Counted from the stretch's first letter, positions 34,503 to 45,291 are shown. The stretch: 63,535 bases of DNA from Actinomycetes bacterium (GCA_023432005.1 JAEYVF010000020.1:1-63535), one strand, 5' to 3'. Program-made: numbers and translations. The notes: generated by a model from the letters alone, not told the origin.

Positions 34503-35581
34503 GCTCGCCGTTCACCTCGCGCCCCGGCGCCGTCGGCGAGCCGCCGGAGCACTACGGCGACCCCATCGGCGAGCAGCGCCCGCTCGCCGCGGGCCGAGCG
34601 ATCGTCGACCTCTCCGATCGCGACGTCGTGTCGCTCGACGGGCCCGACAGGCTCAAGCTGCTCGACTCGCTCACCTCGCAGTCGCTCGTCGGCCTCGCGC
34701 CCGGCGGTTCCGCCGAGACGCTCCTGCTCGACCCGAGCGGGCGCATCGAGTACGCCGCGCGCGTGCTCGACGACGGCGAGACCACGTGGCTGCTCATGGA
34801 CGCGGGCACGGGCGCGGGCTTCGCGGCCTTCCTCGACCGTATGCGGTTCATGCTGCAGGTGAGGGTCGCGGATCGCTCGGGCGAGCTCGCGACGATCGGC
34901 ACCTTCGGCGAGGCCCCCGCCGCGACCGCGGCACCGAACGGCGTGCCGCTCGTGTGGGTCGACCCGTGGGCGTCGGTGCAGGTCGGGGGGTTCCAGTACG
35001 CGAGGGGCGAGCATCCGTCCGAGGGGTGGACGTATCGCGAGGCGCTCCTCGAGCGCTCGCGGCTCGACGAGCTCACGGAGCTGCCGGCTGCGGGCACCCT
35101 CGCGCTCGAGGCCCTGCGCATCGCGGCGTGGCGTCCGCGCGCCGCGACCGAGCTCGACGGCACCTCGATCCCGCACGAATTCGACTGGCTGCGATCTGCG
35201 GTGCACCTCGCGAAGGGCTGCTACCGGGGGCAGGAGACGGTGGCCAAGGTGCACAACCTGGGCCACCCGCCGCGCCGCCTCGTCATGCTCCACCTCGACG
35301 GCACCGACGCGGCGCTGCCGTCCGCGGGCGCCGAGGTGCGCCTCGGGCGCCCGGATGCCGAGGGCGCCGTCGTCGGACGCATCACGGCATCCGCGTGGCA
35401 CCACGAGCTCGGGCCCGTCGCGCTCGCCGTCGTGAAGCGCTCGGCCGATCCGGCATCTGAGCTCACGGTCGTCGCCGGCGACGTGCTCGTGCCCGCCGCC
35501 CAGCAGCTCATCGTGCCGCCCGACGCCGGCGCGACGGCCGACGTGCCCCGCATCCCGCGTCTCGGCCCGACGCGTCGCTGA
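34499..35581 (+). CDS. ygfZ: YgfZ/GcvT-like folate-binding protein
   Basis: KGCYRGQETVAKV signature. Confidence 0.88.
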   Translation: MSSPFTSRPGAVGEPPEHYGDPIGEQRPLAAGRAIVDLSDRDVVSLDGPDRLKLLDSLTSQSLVGLAPGGSAETLLLDPSGRIEYAARVLDDGETTWLLMDAGTGAGFAAFLDRMRFMLQVRVADRSGELATIGTFGEAPAATAAPNGVPLVWVDPWASVQVGGFQYARGEHPSEGWTYREALLERSRLDELTELPAAGTLALEALRIAAWRPRAATELDGTSIPHEFDWLRSAVHLAKGCYRGQETVAKVHNLGHPPRRLVMLHLDGTDAALPSAGAEVRLGRPDAEGAVVGRITASAWHHELGPVALAVVKRSADPASELTVVAGDVLVPAAQQLIVPPDAGATADVPRIPRLGPTRR

Positions 35582-36691
35582 GTGGGCGCGGCGGTGGAGG
35601 GCGTGAGCGCTGAGCTCCGCCGCCTCGAGCGGCGTGTGCGCCGCCAGGCCGACCTGCGGATGGCGGGGCGGCGCGTGTGGGAGTCGCTGCCCGCGATCGT
35701 GCAGATCCTCGCGGCCGTGGCCGCCGCGTACGCGATCGCGCACTGGGGCCTCGGGCACGCCGTGCCGCTGCTCGCCATCACCGTGACGATCAACTCGCTC
35801 GGGTTCGCGCGCGACGCCCGGCCCGTGCGGGTCGCCGAGACCGTGGTCGGCATCCTGCTCGGCATCGCGCTCGGCGACGCGCTCGCGCTGCTCGTGGGAC
35901 GCGGCGTGTGGCAGCTCGTGCTCGTGCTCGCCGTCGTGTTCGTGGTGGGGCGGGCGGTCTCGGCCAACCCCGCGTTCGCGGTCGCGGCGGCTGTGCCGTC
36001 GGCGCTCGTCGTGATGCTCCCGGATCCCGCGGGCGGGCCGTTCACGCGCTCGCTCGACGGGCTCGTGGGCGGCATCGTGGCGCTGCTCGTGACGGCGCTC
36101 GTGCCGCGCAACCCGCGGGGCGCCGCGGCACGCGACGCACGAGCGCTCTTCTCGGTGCTCGAGGAGTCGATAGGATCGGTCGCCGACGCCCTCGCGCACG
36201 CCGACCCCGCCGCGGCCGACCTCGCGCTCACGCGCCTGCGTCGCACGCAGCCGCTCATCGACGCGTGGGGCGCCTCGCTCGACTCGGCGATCGCGATCGC
36301 GCGCATCTCGCCGTGGGTGCGGCGACACCTGCCCGAGCTGCGGCGCGAGACCGGACGGCTGCGCGGTGCGGACCTCGCGGCGCGGCACCTGCGCACGATC
36401 GCGCGGCGCAGTGACTTCCTCGTGCGCGACGGGCGCGCCCGCCCGGAGCTCGCCGAGCTCTTCGCGCAGCTCGGGGCCGGCATCCGGCTGCTCGGCGCGC
36501 GTCGACCGGCCGAGGCGCGCGCGGAGCTCTCGGCGCTCGCGGCGCGCCTCGACCCCGCCGAACTCGTGCCCGGCGCCCCGATCACCGACGCCGCGATCGT
36601 GCTCCTGCTGCGCCCGCTCGTCGTCGACCTGCTCGACGCATCCGGGCTCGACCCCGACGCGGCGCGCGCCCTCCTGCCTCCCGTCGCCTAG
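35582..36691 (+). CDS. FUSC/aromatic acid exporter family membrane protein
   Basis: N-terminal TM bundle, R..D.LVGG..AL motif, helical C-terminus; start uncertain. Confidence 0.75.
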   Translation: MGAAVEGVSAELRRLERRVRRQADLRMAGRRVWESLPAIVQILAAVAAAYAIAHWGLGHAVPLLAITVTINSLGFARDARPVRVAETVVGILLGIALGDALALLVGRGVWQLVLVLAVVFVVGRAVSANPAFAVAAAVPSALVVMLPDPAGGPFTRSLDGLVGGIVALLVTALVPRNPRGAAARDARALFSVLEESIGSVADALAHADPAAADLALTRLRRTQPLIDAWGASLDSAIAIARISPWVRRHLPELRRETGRLRGADLAARHLRTIARRSDFLVRDGRARPELAELFAQLGAGIRLLGARRPAEARAELSALAARLDPAELVPGAPITDAAIVLLLRPLVVDLLDASGLDPDAARALLPPVA

Positions 36692-36694
36692 CCC

Positions 36695-36835
36695 CGAGGT
36701 GTCACTTTCGGTCGCCCTGACCAGCCCCCGCCCGACAGAAAGCGACACCTCGAGAACCCGTCGCCGTCGGTTGTGATTCGAGGTGTCGGTTTCGGTCGAA
36801 TGCGGGGACCAGCGAGCGACCGAAAGTGGCACCTC
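36695..36835. repeat. two tandem REP-like palindromes (copies 2 and 3)
   Basis: CGAGGTGTCACTTTCGGTCG...CGACAGAAAGCGACACCTCG and CGAGGTGTCGGTTTCGGTCG...CGACCGAAAGTGGCACCTC between convergent genes. Confidence 0.8.
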
Positions 36836-37643
36836 AGGGGGAGGCGGGGGCGACGGATGGCCAGGGGAGGGAGAGCTCGCCGAGGCGCCACCGGCCTCGA
36901 CCGCCGAGCGGCGGGGTGTCGAGCACCGGCCAGCCCGCATCGCGCACGGATGCCACCGTCGCCTGCCAGCGCTGCACCGGGCCGTACACCCCGAGCGGCG
37001 CGTGCATCGCCCACGCCCGATCGAGCTCGACGAGCAGCGCGTGCACGCGCTCGCCCTCGACGTTGCGGTGGATGAGCGCCTTCGGCAGCCGCTCGGCGAC
37101 GATCGACGGCGCCTCGAGCCCCGCGAGGCGCAGCGAGACCGTGAACGTGTGCGGTCCGGTGGCGTCGAGCGTCACCCAGCTGCCGACGCGGCCGAGCTCC
37201 GAGCACGTGCCCTCCACGAGCTGCCCGCCGGGGGCGAGTCGCTCGGTCATGCGCGCCCAGGCATCCGCGACCTCGGCCTCGTCGTACTGCCGCAGCACGT
37301 TCATGGCGCGGATGACGGCGGGGCGCCGCCCGGCATCCGTCGGCACCTCGAAGCCGCCGAGTCGGAAGGTCACGCCCGGCCGGGCGGCAGCGGATGCCGT
37401 GCGCACGCGCTCGGGGTCGATCTCGATGCCCAGCACCTCGACATCCGGCCGCACCGCGGAGAGCCGCTCGTGCAGCTCGTTGCTCGTGGTGGCGGATGCG
37501 CCGTAGCCGAGGTCGACGACGAGCGGGTCGGCGGCGGCGCGCAGTACGGGCAGCGCGGCGATCCACCGGTCGACGCGACGCAGGCGGTTCACGCCCGTCG
37601 TGCCCCGTGTGATCCGCCCCTCGGGCCTGCGCGCTCTCGCCAT
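36834..37643 (-). CDS. class I SAM-dependent methyltransferase-like protein
   Basis: VVDLGYGA, GIEIDPERV, NVLRQYDE. Confidence 0.8.
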   Translation of the reverse strand: MARARRPEGRITRGTTGVNRLRRVDRWIAALPVLRAAADPLVVDLGYGASATTSNELHERLSAVRPDVEVLGIEIDPERVRTASAAARPGVTFRLGGFEVPTDAGRRPAVIRAMNVLRQYDEAEVADAWARMTERLAPGGQLVEGTCSELGRVGSWVTLDATGPHTFTVSLRLAGLEAPSIVAERLPKALIHRNVEGERVHALLVELDRAWAMHAPLGVYGPVQRWQATVASVRDAGWPVLDTPPLGGRGRWRLGELSLPWPSVAPASP

Positions 37644-37748
37644 GTCTCACAAACGCTATAGCGATCGGCGTTCGGCGGCGGTGATCACGGTCGCCCGAGG
37701 GCAAGCGCTGCAGCGTTTGGCAGACGGGCACGTCGGTAGGGTGGGGGC

Positions 37749-38495
37749 ATGACCTCGACGCTCATCCTGCTCCGCCACGGCAACTCCGAATGGAACCAGA
37801 AGAACCTCTTCACGGGGTGGGTCGACGTGCGGCTCTCGGAGCAGGGCGTGGGAGAGGCGAAGCGCGCGGGAGAGCTGCTCGCCGAGTCGGGGCTCGCGCC
37901 CGACATCCTCTACACGAGCGTGCTGACGCGCGCGATCCAGACCGCGAACCTCGCGCTCGACGTCGCCGACCGCGCGTGGATCCCGGTCAAGCGCAGCTGG
38001 CGCCTCAACGAGCGCCACTACGGCGCGCTGCAGGGCCTCGACAAGGCCGAGACGCTCGAGAAGTTCGGCCAGGAGCAGTTCATGCTGTGGCGCCGCTCGT
38101 TCGATGTGCCGCCGCCCCCGCTCGCCGACGACGCCGAGTGGTCGCAGTTCGGCGACCCCCGCTACGCCGACGTGCCCGACGCCGACTTCCCGCGCACCGA
38201 GAGCCTCAAGCTCGTGATCGACCGGATGCTGCCCTACTGGGAGTCGGACATCACGAAGGACCTCGCCGCAGGCAAGACCGTGCTCGTCACGGCCCACGGC
38301 AACTCGCTCCGCGCGCTCGTGAAGCACCTCGACGGCATCAGCGACGCCGAGATCGCCGAGCTCAACATCCCGACCGGCATCCCGCTCGTCTACGAGCTCG
38401 ACGACGACTTCCGGCCCACGGGCCCGAGCCGCTACCTCGACCCCGAGGCGGCCGCCGCCGGCGCCGCCGCGGTCGCCGCGCAGGGCAAGAAGTAA
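37749..38495 (+). CDS. gpmA: 2,3-BPG-dependent phosphoglycerate mutase
   Basis: [35 protein letters not shown]. Confidence 0.96.
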   Translation: MTSTLILLRHGNSEWNQKNLFTGWVDVRLSEQGVGEAKRAGELLAESGLAPDILYTSVLTRAIQTANLALDVADRAWIPVKRSWRLNERHYGALQGLDKAETLEKFGQEQFMLWRRSFDVPPPPLADDAEWSQFGDPRYADVPDADFPRTESLKLVIDRMLPYWESDITKDLAAGKTVLVTAHGNSLRALVKHLDGISDAEIAELNIPTGIPLVYELDDDFRPTGPSRYLDPEAAAAGAAAVAAQGKK

Positions 38496-38507
38496 CCCTT
38501 CCTCCCT

Positions 38508-38581
38508 CCGCGAGCGCTACCCGAACTGGCGACCGCGGTCGCTGCACCACCCGCGCTCGCCGTTTTCGGTAGCGCTCGCGG
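38508..38581. repeat. long-loop palindrome (REP-like or terminator)
   Basis: CCGCGAGCGCTACC...GGTAGCGCTCGCGG, 14-bp perfect arms. Confidence 0.65.
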
Positions 38582-38603
38582 GGATGGGTGAGACGATGGG
38601 GAC

Positions 38604-38912
38604 ATGCTCGTCGCCTTCTCCGTCGCCCCCACCAGCAGCAACGTCGACGGCTCCGTGCACGACGCCGTGGCCGCCGCCGTCACGATCGTGCGCGAGTCGG
38701 GCCTGCCCAACCGCACGACCTCGATGTTCACCGAGATCGAGGGCGAGTGGGATGAGGTGTTCGATGTCGTGAAGCGCGCGACGGAGGCCGTGGCTGCCTA
38801 CGGCTCACGGGTCTCGCTCGTGCTCAAGGCCGACATCCGTCCGGGCTACACGGGCGAGCTCGACGGCAAGGTCGAGCGCCTCGAGCGCGCGATCGAGGGC
38901 CAGGGCTCCTAG
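38604..38912 (+). CDS. thiamine-binding protein (MTH1187/YkoF-like)
   Basis: MLVAFSVAP, SMFTEIEGEWDEV, RVSLVLKADIRPG. Confidence 0.82.
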   Translation: MLVAFSVAPTSSNVDGSVHDAVAAAVTIVRESGLPNRTTSMFTEIEGEWDEVFDVVKRATEAVAAYGSRVSLVLKADIRPGYTGELDGKVERLERAIEGQGS

Positions 38913-38983
38913 CCGTCGGGGAGATCGAGGTCGCGCCGAACGGGAGCGCCGATCCGACGCGCGCTTCCGCCGAGAGCCGCCGA

Positions 38984-41805
38984 TCAGCGGTCGAGCCGCG
39001 CGACCCAGCTCGCGACCTCCGAGCGCCGCGCGGCGCCGAGCTTCGCGAGGATGTGCTCGATGTGCGCCGAGACGGTCTTCGGCGAGATGACGAGCCGCTC
39101 GGCGATCTCGCGGTTGGTCGCGCCTTCGGCGATGAGCTCGGCCACCTCGAACTCGCGCGCGGTGAGCGGGCCGGGAGTGGCATCCGGGCCCGCATCGAGG
39201 CGCGCCTCGTCGGCGAGTCGCACGAGCAGCCCGCAACCCGCTTCCTCGGCGCGACGCCGGGCGTCGGCCACGAAGCGCGACGCCTCGCCGGGCCGGCGGG
39301 AGCGCGCCGCGCACCGGGCGAGATCGAGCAGCGCCTGCACGCCCTCCCACACGCGCCCGCGCGACAACCAGCCGTCGGCTGCCGCCTCGAGGAGGGGGCG
39401 GGCGGTGCTGGTGCGGGCCTCCGCGAGCTCGAGCACGCCCTCGGCGTGGTCGAGGGCGACGAGCGTTCCCGGGGGATCCCGCGGCCGCGGATCGCGTCGG
39501 CGCAGCGGTCGAGCCAGGCGCGGGCGCCGTCGGGATCGCGCAGGGCGAGCCGCGCCCGCGCGCCCGTGAGCACGAAGGGGAACAGGTAGGCGGCGTCGTC
39601 GACCGCCCCCGACTCGCGGAGCCCCTGCTCGCACAGCGCCACGGCGTCCTCGAGCCGCTTCTCGTGCAGGGCGAGCTCGGCGAGCCCCCACAGCGCCGGG
39701 CTGATGCGCTGCAGCTCCGCCATGCCCTGCGCGAGCTCGAGGGAGCACTCGAGCTCGGCGCGCGCGTCCGCGAGCCGGTCGTGCGCGAGCAGCACGTAGC
39801 CGAGGGCCTTGTGCGCCTCGATCTGCGTCGTGATGCCGTGCCCGTCGGCGAGGGCGCGCCGGGCGTCGCGCTCTGCACCCGCTTCGCCCGTCGCCCAGCG
39901 CACGTGCGCCCGGTGCGCGCGCAGGTAGTGATGGTCGTTCCAGCGTTCGGCCGTCGCCGTGAAGTCGAGCCCTTCGTCGAGCCACCGCCGCGCGCGGTCG
40001 TACTCGACGAGCACGGATGCCGAGGTCGCGAGCATGCGACGCGCGCGAACCGCGGCCGCCTCGTGCTCGGTGCCCGCCTCGCGAATGACCGACTCGAGCA
40101 GCTCCCAGCCCTCCGTGCGTCCCGCGAACACCTGCACGGCGCCGAGCGTCGCTTGCACGTCGAGCCGCACCTCGGCGTCCGGATGCTCCGCGAGCCTCGC
40201 GAGTGCGGCCTCGCCGCTCTCGATCGACGCGTCGAGCCGCCGAGCGAGCATGTAGGCCGCGGCCTCGGCCGCGAGCAGGCGCCCCCACGCGAGATCGGTC
40301 CCACCGCCGGGGGCCTCTGCGAGCCACCGCCTCGCCTCGCGCGCGAGCGCGATCCGCTGCTCGAGATCGTCGCCCAGCAGGTGGCGCGCGGCCATGAGGT
40401 CGGGCACGAGCAGCGCCGCCGCCTCGGGCCGCCCGATGTCGAGGTGCGCGTCGATCGCCTCCCGGAAGAGCACGCCCGCCGCGGAGACCTCGTCGACGGC
40501 CGCGAGCTCGCGCGCCCGCGCGGCCGTGAGCTCCGCGAGCTCGCCGGGCGGGAGGTCGGCCGGCGCCGTGCGGACGGCGCGCGCGAACAGGTCGGCGGCC
40601 TCGCGGTGGGCGGAGATGCGCGCGGCGGCGCGCGCGGCGGCCACGGCGTGCGGGTGCGCGAGCTCGGGCAGCTGCGCGAGCTCGTACTGCTCGGCGAGGT
40701 AGGAGCGGCGCAGGCCGGCGTGCTCCGAAGCGCGCGCGACCTCCGCGTGCAGCATCCGGCGGCGCGTGAGCGGGACGTCCTCGTAGAGGGCGTCGCGCAG
40801 CAGTGCGTGCCGGTAGTCGAACTTGGTGGCGGAGAGCCGCACGAGCAGGTGCTCGTCGCACAGGCTGCGCAGGCCCTCGTCGATCGCGGGTGCGGGTGCG
40901 TCGACGATGTCGGCGAACAGGTCGAACTCGAACGAGCATCCGATGACGGCGGCGGCCTCGGCGAGCACACGCACGTCCGCGGGCAGCAGGGCCGCGCGCT
41001 GGCGCACCGCCTCGGCGATCGTCTCCGGCACGAGCTGGGCGCCACCCGCGGCCACGAGCTCCTCGAGGTAGAGCGGGATGCCGTTGCTGCGCTCCAGCAG
41101 CTCGTCGAGCTGGGTGACGCTCGGCACCTCGCCCAGCAGCGTCTCGACGAGCCGGGCCGTCCCCCCGCGGTCGAGCCGCGCGAGGGGCGCCTCCTCGGCG
41201 AAGCGCTGCCCGAGAACGCGGCTGCGCCAGACGGAGAGCGCGGCGCCCGGGCGGAGCTCATCGCTTCTGTAGGTGCCGAGCACGAGCGTCGGGATGCGAT
41301 GGATGAGCGGCGCGACCCGCTCGAGCACGTCGAGGCTCAGCTCGTCGGCCCAATGCAGGTCCTCGATCCGGAGGAGGGTCGGCTCGCCCGTGAGCAGGTC
41401 GATCACGAGGTCGGCGAGGTCGGCCACGAGCATGCGGTGCCGCCGCGCCGCGTCGCCGCCCGTCTCATCGTCGCGGATGCGCGCCGTGATCGCCTCCGCG
41501 ATGTCGGTGCGCCCGTCCTGGCGGAGGGCGCGGGCGAGGTCGAACAGCACAGCGCCCGGGAACTCGGTGTCCTTGGGCCACGCGCGCGTCGTGAACACCC
41601 GCACCTCGGGCAGGCGGGCGGCGATCTCGTCGATGATGCGCGACTTGCCGATGCCCGCCTCGCCGGCGATGAGCAGCAGCTGGCCGTCGCCCGCGACCGC
41701 CTCGGCCCAGCGCCGGTCGGCGAGGGCGAGCACGTCGTCGCGGCCGACGAGCTCGGCGCGGACGCGCGCCGAACGGTGGCCGCCCCGGGGGGAGTGCAGC
41801 GTCAC
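38984..41805 (-). pseudogene. large AAA-ATPase/TPR/LuxR-HTH regulator, frameshifted near 39470
   Basis: GEAGIGKS, IEDLHWAD, GIPLYLEEL in one frame; LTAREFEVAELIAEGATNREIAERLVISPKTV in another; junction in GGGATCCCCCGGGAAC. Confidence 0.75.
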
Positions 41806-41911
41806 GACGCGAGCATAGGTTCGGGTGCCATTCGCGCGATATAGGTCGCTCGAACGATGTCGGCCATCCGGGGGTGAACGGACGCTGGACGCACAAGGAA
41901 AGGAGCGTCCG

Positions 41912-42160
41912 ATGGCGCGATACATGGATGTCCACGACGGGTTCGTGGGCGTGACGAAGCAGCAGCTCGAGGCGGCCCACGAGGCCGACCTCGCGATCGA
42001 GGCCGAGGAGGGCGTGCACTTCGAGCGCGCCTGGCTCGACCCGGAGTCCGGCAAGGTCTTCTGCCTCGCGACCGGCCCTTCGAAGGAGGCGGTCATGCGC
42101 ATCCACGAGCGGGCGGGGCACCCGACCGACCAGGTCTACGAGCTCGCGGTCGAGGTCTGA
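41912..42160 (+). CDS. DUF4242 / SCO4226-like small metal-binding protein
   Basis: YMDVH, AHEADL, KVFCL..GPS.EAV..IHERAGHP; RBS AAGGAG. Confidence 0.8.
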   Translation: MARYMDVHDGFVGVTKQQLEAAHEADLAIEAEEGVHFERAWLDPESGKVFCLATGPSKEAVMRIHERAGHPTDQVYELAVEV

Positions 42161-42321
42161 TGAGCGGCACGACGGTCCGCGCGGAGCGTCGCCGGCAGCG
42201 GCGTGCGCGCCGCGCGGCCCGTCGCGCCGCAGTGCGCGTTCTCCGCACCGACCAGGAGCTCCTGCTGCTCATCACCCTGCGCCGGGTCGGCTCCCGACTC
42301 TGAGGGCCTCCGTTCGCGATA

Positions 42322-42340
42322 TACTTCCAATCTGGAAGTA
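42322..42340. promoter_or_regulatory. probable MarR operator
   Basis: Perfect TACTTCCA-ATC-TGGAAGTA 8 nt upstream of the marR start. Confidence 0.7.
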
Positions 42341-42348
42341 GGTGACGG

Positions 42349-42864
42349 ATGGCACGCAAGCTCGACAGCGCCGAGCCCGCGGGCGAGCCCCTGCGCATCC
42401 CGGAGTACCGGCACGATGTGACACGGTCGCTCGTGCGCGTCACCGCCACCTGGACGTCGGCCGACTACCAGTCGCACTTCGCCGCGGCGGCGGGCGTTCC
42501 CGATGAGCCGCACGCCATGACAGCGATGTTCCTGCTCACCCAGCGCGGCCCCCTCCGGCCCACGGCGCTCGCCGCGGCGCTCGGCATCTCGGCCGCCGCG
42601 ACGAGCCGACTCGTCGCCACCCTCGCATCCGCGGGCCTCGTCACGCGCACGCCCGACCCGGAGGACGCCCGCGCAACCCGCATCGCCCTCACCGAGCGGG
42701 GCGTCGCCTCGGCCACCGCGCTGCACGACGAGGGCGACCGCCTCTCGCAGCGCCTGCTCGCCCACTGGACCGACGACGAGCGCACGATCTTCACGCGCCT
42801 CATGCACCGCTACGCCGACGCCGTCGAGGACGACGCCCGCACCACCCGAAAGGACACACCATGA
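42349..42864 (+). CDS. MarR family regulator
   Basis: LAAALGIS, GLVTRTPDPEDARATRIALTERG. Confidence 0.88.
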   Translation: MARKLDSAEPAGEPLRIPEYRHDVTRSLVRVTATWTSADYQSHFAAAAGVPDEPHAMTAMFLLTQRGPLRPTALAAALGISAAATSRLVATLASAGLVTRTPDPEDARATRIALTERGVASATALHDEGDRLSQRLLAHWTDDERTIFTRLMHRYADAVEDDARTTRKDTP

Positions 42865-43727
42865 GCACCTACGCCGTCACCGGATCCGCATCCGGCATGG
42901 GCAGGTCGGCCGCCGAGCGGCTGCGCGCCGCCGGCCACACCGTCATCGGCATCGACCTCAAGGACGCCGACGTCGTCGCCGACCTCTCGACCGCCGAGGG
43001 GCGCGCGAAGGCCATCGCCGAGGTGCTCGAGCGCGCAGGCGGGACGCTCGACGGGGCCGTGCTCGCCGCGGGCCTCGGGCCCCACCCGGGCCGCGAGAAG
43101 CTCATCGCGCAGGTCAACTACTTCGGCGTCGTCGACCTCCTCACCGGATGGCGAGACGCGCTCGCGAGGGCGGGCGAGGCGCGCGTCGTCGTGTTCTCGT
43201 CGAACTCGACGACGACCGTGCCGCTCGTGCCCGAGAAGACGATCCGCGCCTTCCGCGCCGGCGACGCCGACAAGGCGATCGCCGCGACGAGGCTCTTCAA
43301 GGACAACGCGTCCGCGATGGTCTACGCGGGCTCCAAGATCGCCGTCACCCGCTGGGTGCGTCGCCACGCGGTGCTGCCCGAGTGGGTAGGAGCCGGCATC
43401 CGCCTCAACGCCGTCGCACCCGGCGCGATCCTCACGCCCATGGTCGAGGCGCAGCTCGCCGATCCGCACCAGCGCGGCGCGATCGAGGCGTTCCCGATCC
43501 CGGTCGGCCGTCACGGGCAGACGGAGGAGGTCACCGAGGCCGTCATGTTCCTGCTCGGGCCGGCGTCGGCGTTCATGGCCGGCACCGTGCTCTTCGTCGA
43601 CGGTGGCACCGACGCGTACTTCCGCAGCGACGACTGGCCCAGGCAGGTGCCGCTCTCGGGGCTGCGCCGCTACATCCGCCTCGGCCGCGAGTACGCGGCG
43701 AAGAAGGGCGTGAAGCCGAACTTCTGA
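42861..43727 (+). CDS. SDR oxidoreductase (3-alpha-hydroxysteroid dehydrogenase-like)
   Basis: VTGSASGMG, YAGSK, RLNAVAPG, VDGG. Confidence 0.88.
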   Translation: MSTYAVTGSASGMGRSAAERLRAAGHTVIGIDLKDADVVADLSTAEGRAKAIAEVLERAGGTLDGAVLAAGLGPHPGREKLIAQVNYFGVVDLLTGWRDALARAGEARVVVFSSNSTTTVPLVPEKTIRAFRAGDADKAIAATRLFKDNASAMVYAGSKIAVTRWVRRHAVLPEWVGAGIRLNAVAPGAILTPMVEAQLADPHQRGAIEAFPIPVGRHGQTEEVTEAVMFLLGPASAFMAGTVLFVDGGTDAYFRSDDWPRQVPLSGLRRYIRLGREYAAKKGVKPNF

Positions 43728-43731
43728 TCGG

Positions 43732-44482
43732 CTATGGCTGCGCGTCGAGGAACGCCCGCACCGCCGACTCGGAGGGTGCCGGGCTGTTGAGCCACGGGGC
43801 GTGGCCGCCGCGCACCTCGCTGAACGTCAGGTCGGCGACGGATGCGAGCCCCGCGCGTCCCGCGGGCGGGCGCAGGAACACATCCGCGTCGCCCCACAGC
43901 GCGTGCACGGGGGCGGCGAGGGATGCGAGCTCCGCGCTCGTGAGGGTGAGCTCGCGTCGCCCGAGCGCGCGGTAGTAGCGCGGTGCCGTCGCCCGGAACT
44001 CGGGTCGCAGCGACGCGAGCCAGCCGACGTCGACGAGCTCGTGCGGCCAGCCGGCGACGGTTCCCGCACCGAGCGTCATGGCGCTGTTGGCCTCGTAGCG
44101 CTCGCGGCTCACGGGCGCCGTGAAGAGCTGGGCCAGGCCGGGGATGGCCATGAGGCGCATCGAGAACGGCGCGCGCGTGCCGGGCAGCGCCACTCCCGGC
44201 GCCCCGAGGATCGTGACGCTCGCGACCCGCTCGGGCCGGGCGAGCGCGTAGTACAGCGAGAACTGGGCGCCCATCGAGTGCCCCACGAGGTGCGCGCGCT
44301 CGACGCCGGCGTCGTCGAGCACGGCGTCGAGCAGGGGGATCGGCACACTGCGCAGGCCGTCCGCGGGCAGCTCGCACCTCGACCATGCGATCGTCGGCGC
44401 GCTCGAGCCCGTACTCCGCGAGCAGACGGCCTTCGGCGTCGCGATAGGCGGATGCGAGGTCGGTCGGGACTGCGGTGGTCAC
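43732..44482 (-). pseudogene. alpha/beta hydrolase with apparent internal deletion and frameshift near 44375
   Basis: N-terminus MTTAV...RMVEV is out of frame with ELPADGLRSV...GHSMG...GGHAPW; the HG and DxPGxG segments are absent. Confidence 0.65.
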
Positions 44483-44512
44483 CGTCTCAGGCTAGGGCCG
44501 TCCGCGCGGGCG

Positions 44513-45154
44513 TCAGGCCCAGTCGCCGGTCGCCAGGTACTGCACCTTCTTCGCGATCGACACCGCGTGGTCGGCGAAGCGCTCGTGGTAGCGCGAGGCG
44601 AGCGTCGCGTCGACCGTGTCGGCGGTCTCGCCCTTCCAGGTCTCGCCGAGCACCTTGTCGAACACCGCGAGATGCAGCGCGTCGACCTTGTCGTCCTCGT
44701 CGCGGATGTGCTCGGCGAGCGCGGTGTCCTGCGTGCGCAGCAGCTCGGTGAGGGTGCGCGCGATCTGCACGTCGAGCGCGCCCATCTCGCGGAACGTCGA
44801 GCGCAGCCCCTTCGGCACGACCTTCTCGGGGAAGCGGTAGCGCGAGAGCTGGGCGATGTGCTCGGCCATGTCGCCCATCCGCTCGAGCGAGGCCGAGACC
44901 CGAAGCGCGCTCACGACGATGCGCAGGTCGCGAGCGACCGGCTGCTGGCGGGCCAGGATCGTGATCGCGAGCTCGTCGAGCTCGGAGGCGAGCACGTCGA
45001 TCCGGCTGTCGTCCTCGATGACCTCCTCGGCGAGCGAGACGTCCGACTCGTTGAACGAGCGGGTGGCCTTGTCGATCGAGTCGGCCACGAGCTCGGCGAT
45101 CTCCACGAGGCGGTCCTGCACCTCGCGCAGCTCCTGCTGGAACACCTCGCGCAT
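44513..45154 (-). CDS. phoU: phosphate signalling protein PhoU
   Basis: QQPVARDLR, LERMGD, ERFADHAVS. Confidence 0.94.
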   Translation of the reverse strand: MREVFQQELREVQDRLVEIAELVADSIDKATRSFNESDVSLAEEVIEDDSRIDVLASELDELAITILARQQPVARDLRIVVSALRVSASLERMGDMAEHIAQLSRYRFPEKVVPKGLRSTFREMGALDVQIARTLTELLRTQDTALAEHIRDEDDKVDALHLAVFDKVLGETWKGETADTVDATLASRYHERFADHAVSIAKKVQYLATGDWA

Positions 45155-45191
45155 GACTGTCGTCCTTTCCGCCGCAACCGTTCCGCGGGAA

Positions 45192-45220
45192 GGTTAACGG
45201 CCGGTGACCGGGTTGTGAAC
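45192..45220 (-). promoter_or_regulatory. PHO-box direct repeats in phoU/senX3 divergent region
   Basis: GTTCACA, GGTCACC, GTTAACC at exact 11-nt spacing. Confidence 0.72.
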
Positions 45221-45291
45221 GTCCACGGAAGGGATGTCGAGACATCCCGAAACCTCGGTCTCCCCGCTTCGGCCCGCCCTAATCTAGTCGC

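Noticed and set aside
36695..36835. Possible mini CRISPR array
   Set aside because: Units are alternating inverted arms with short 18-26-nt gaps, are degenerate, and have no cas genes or leader.
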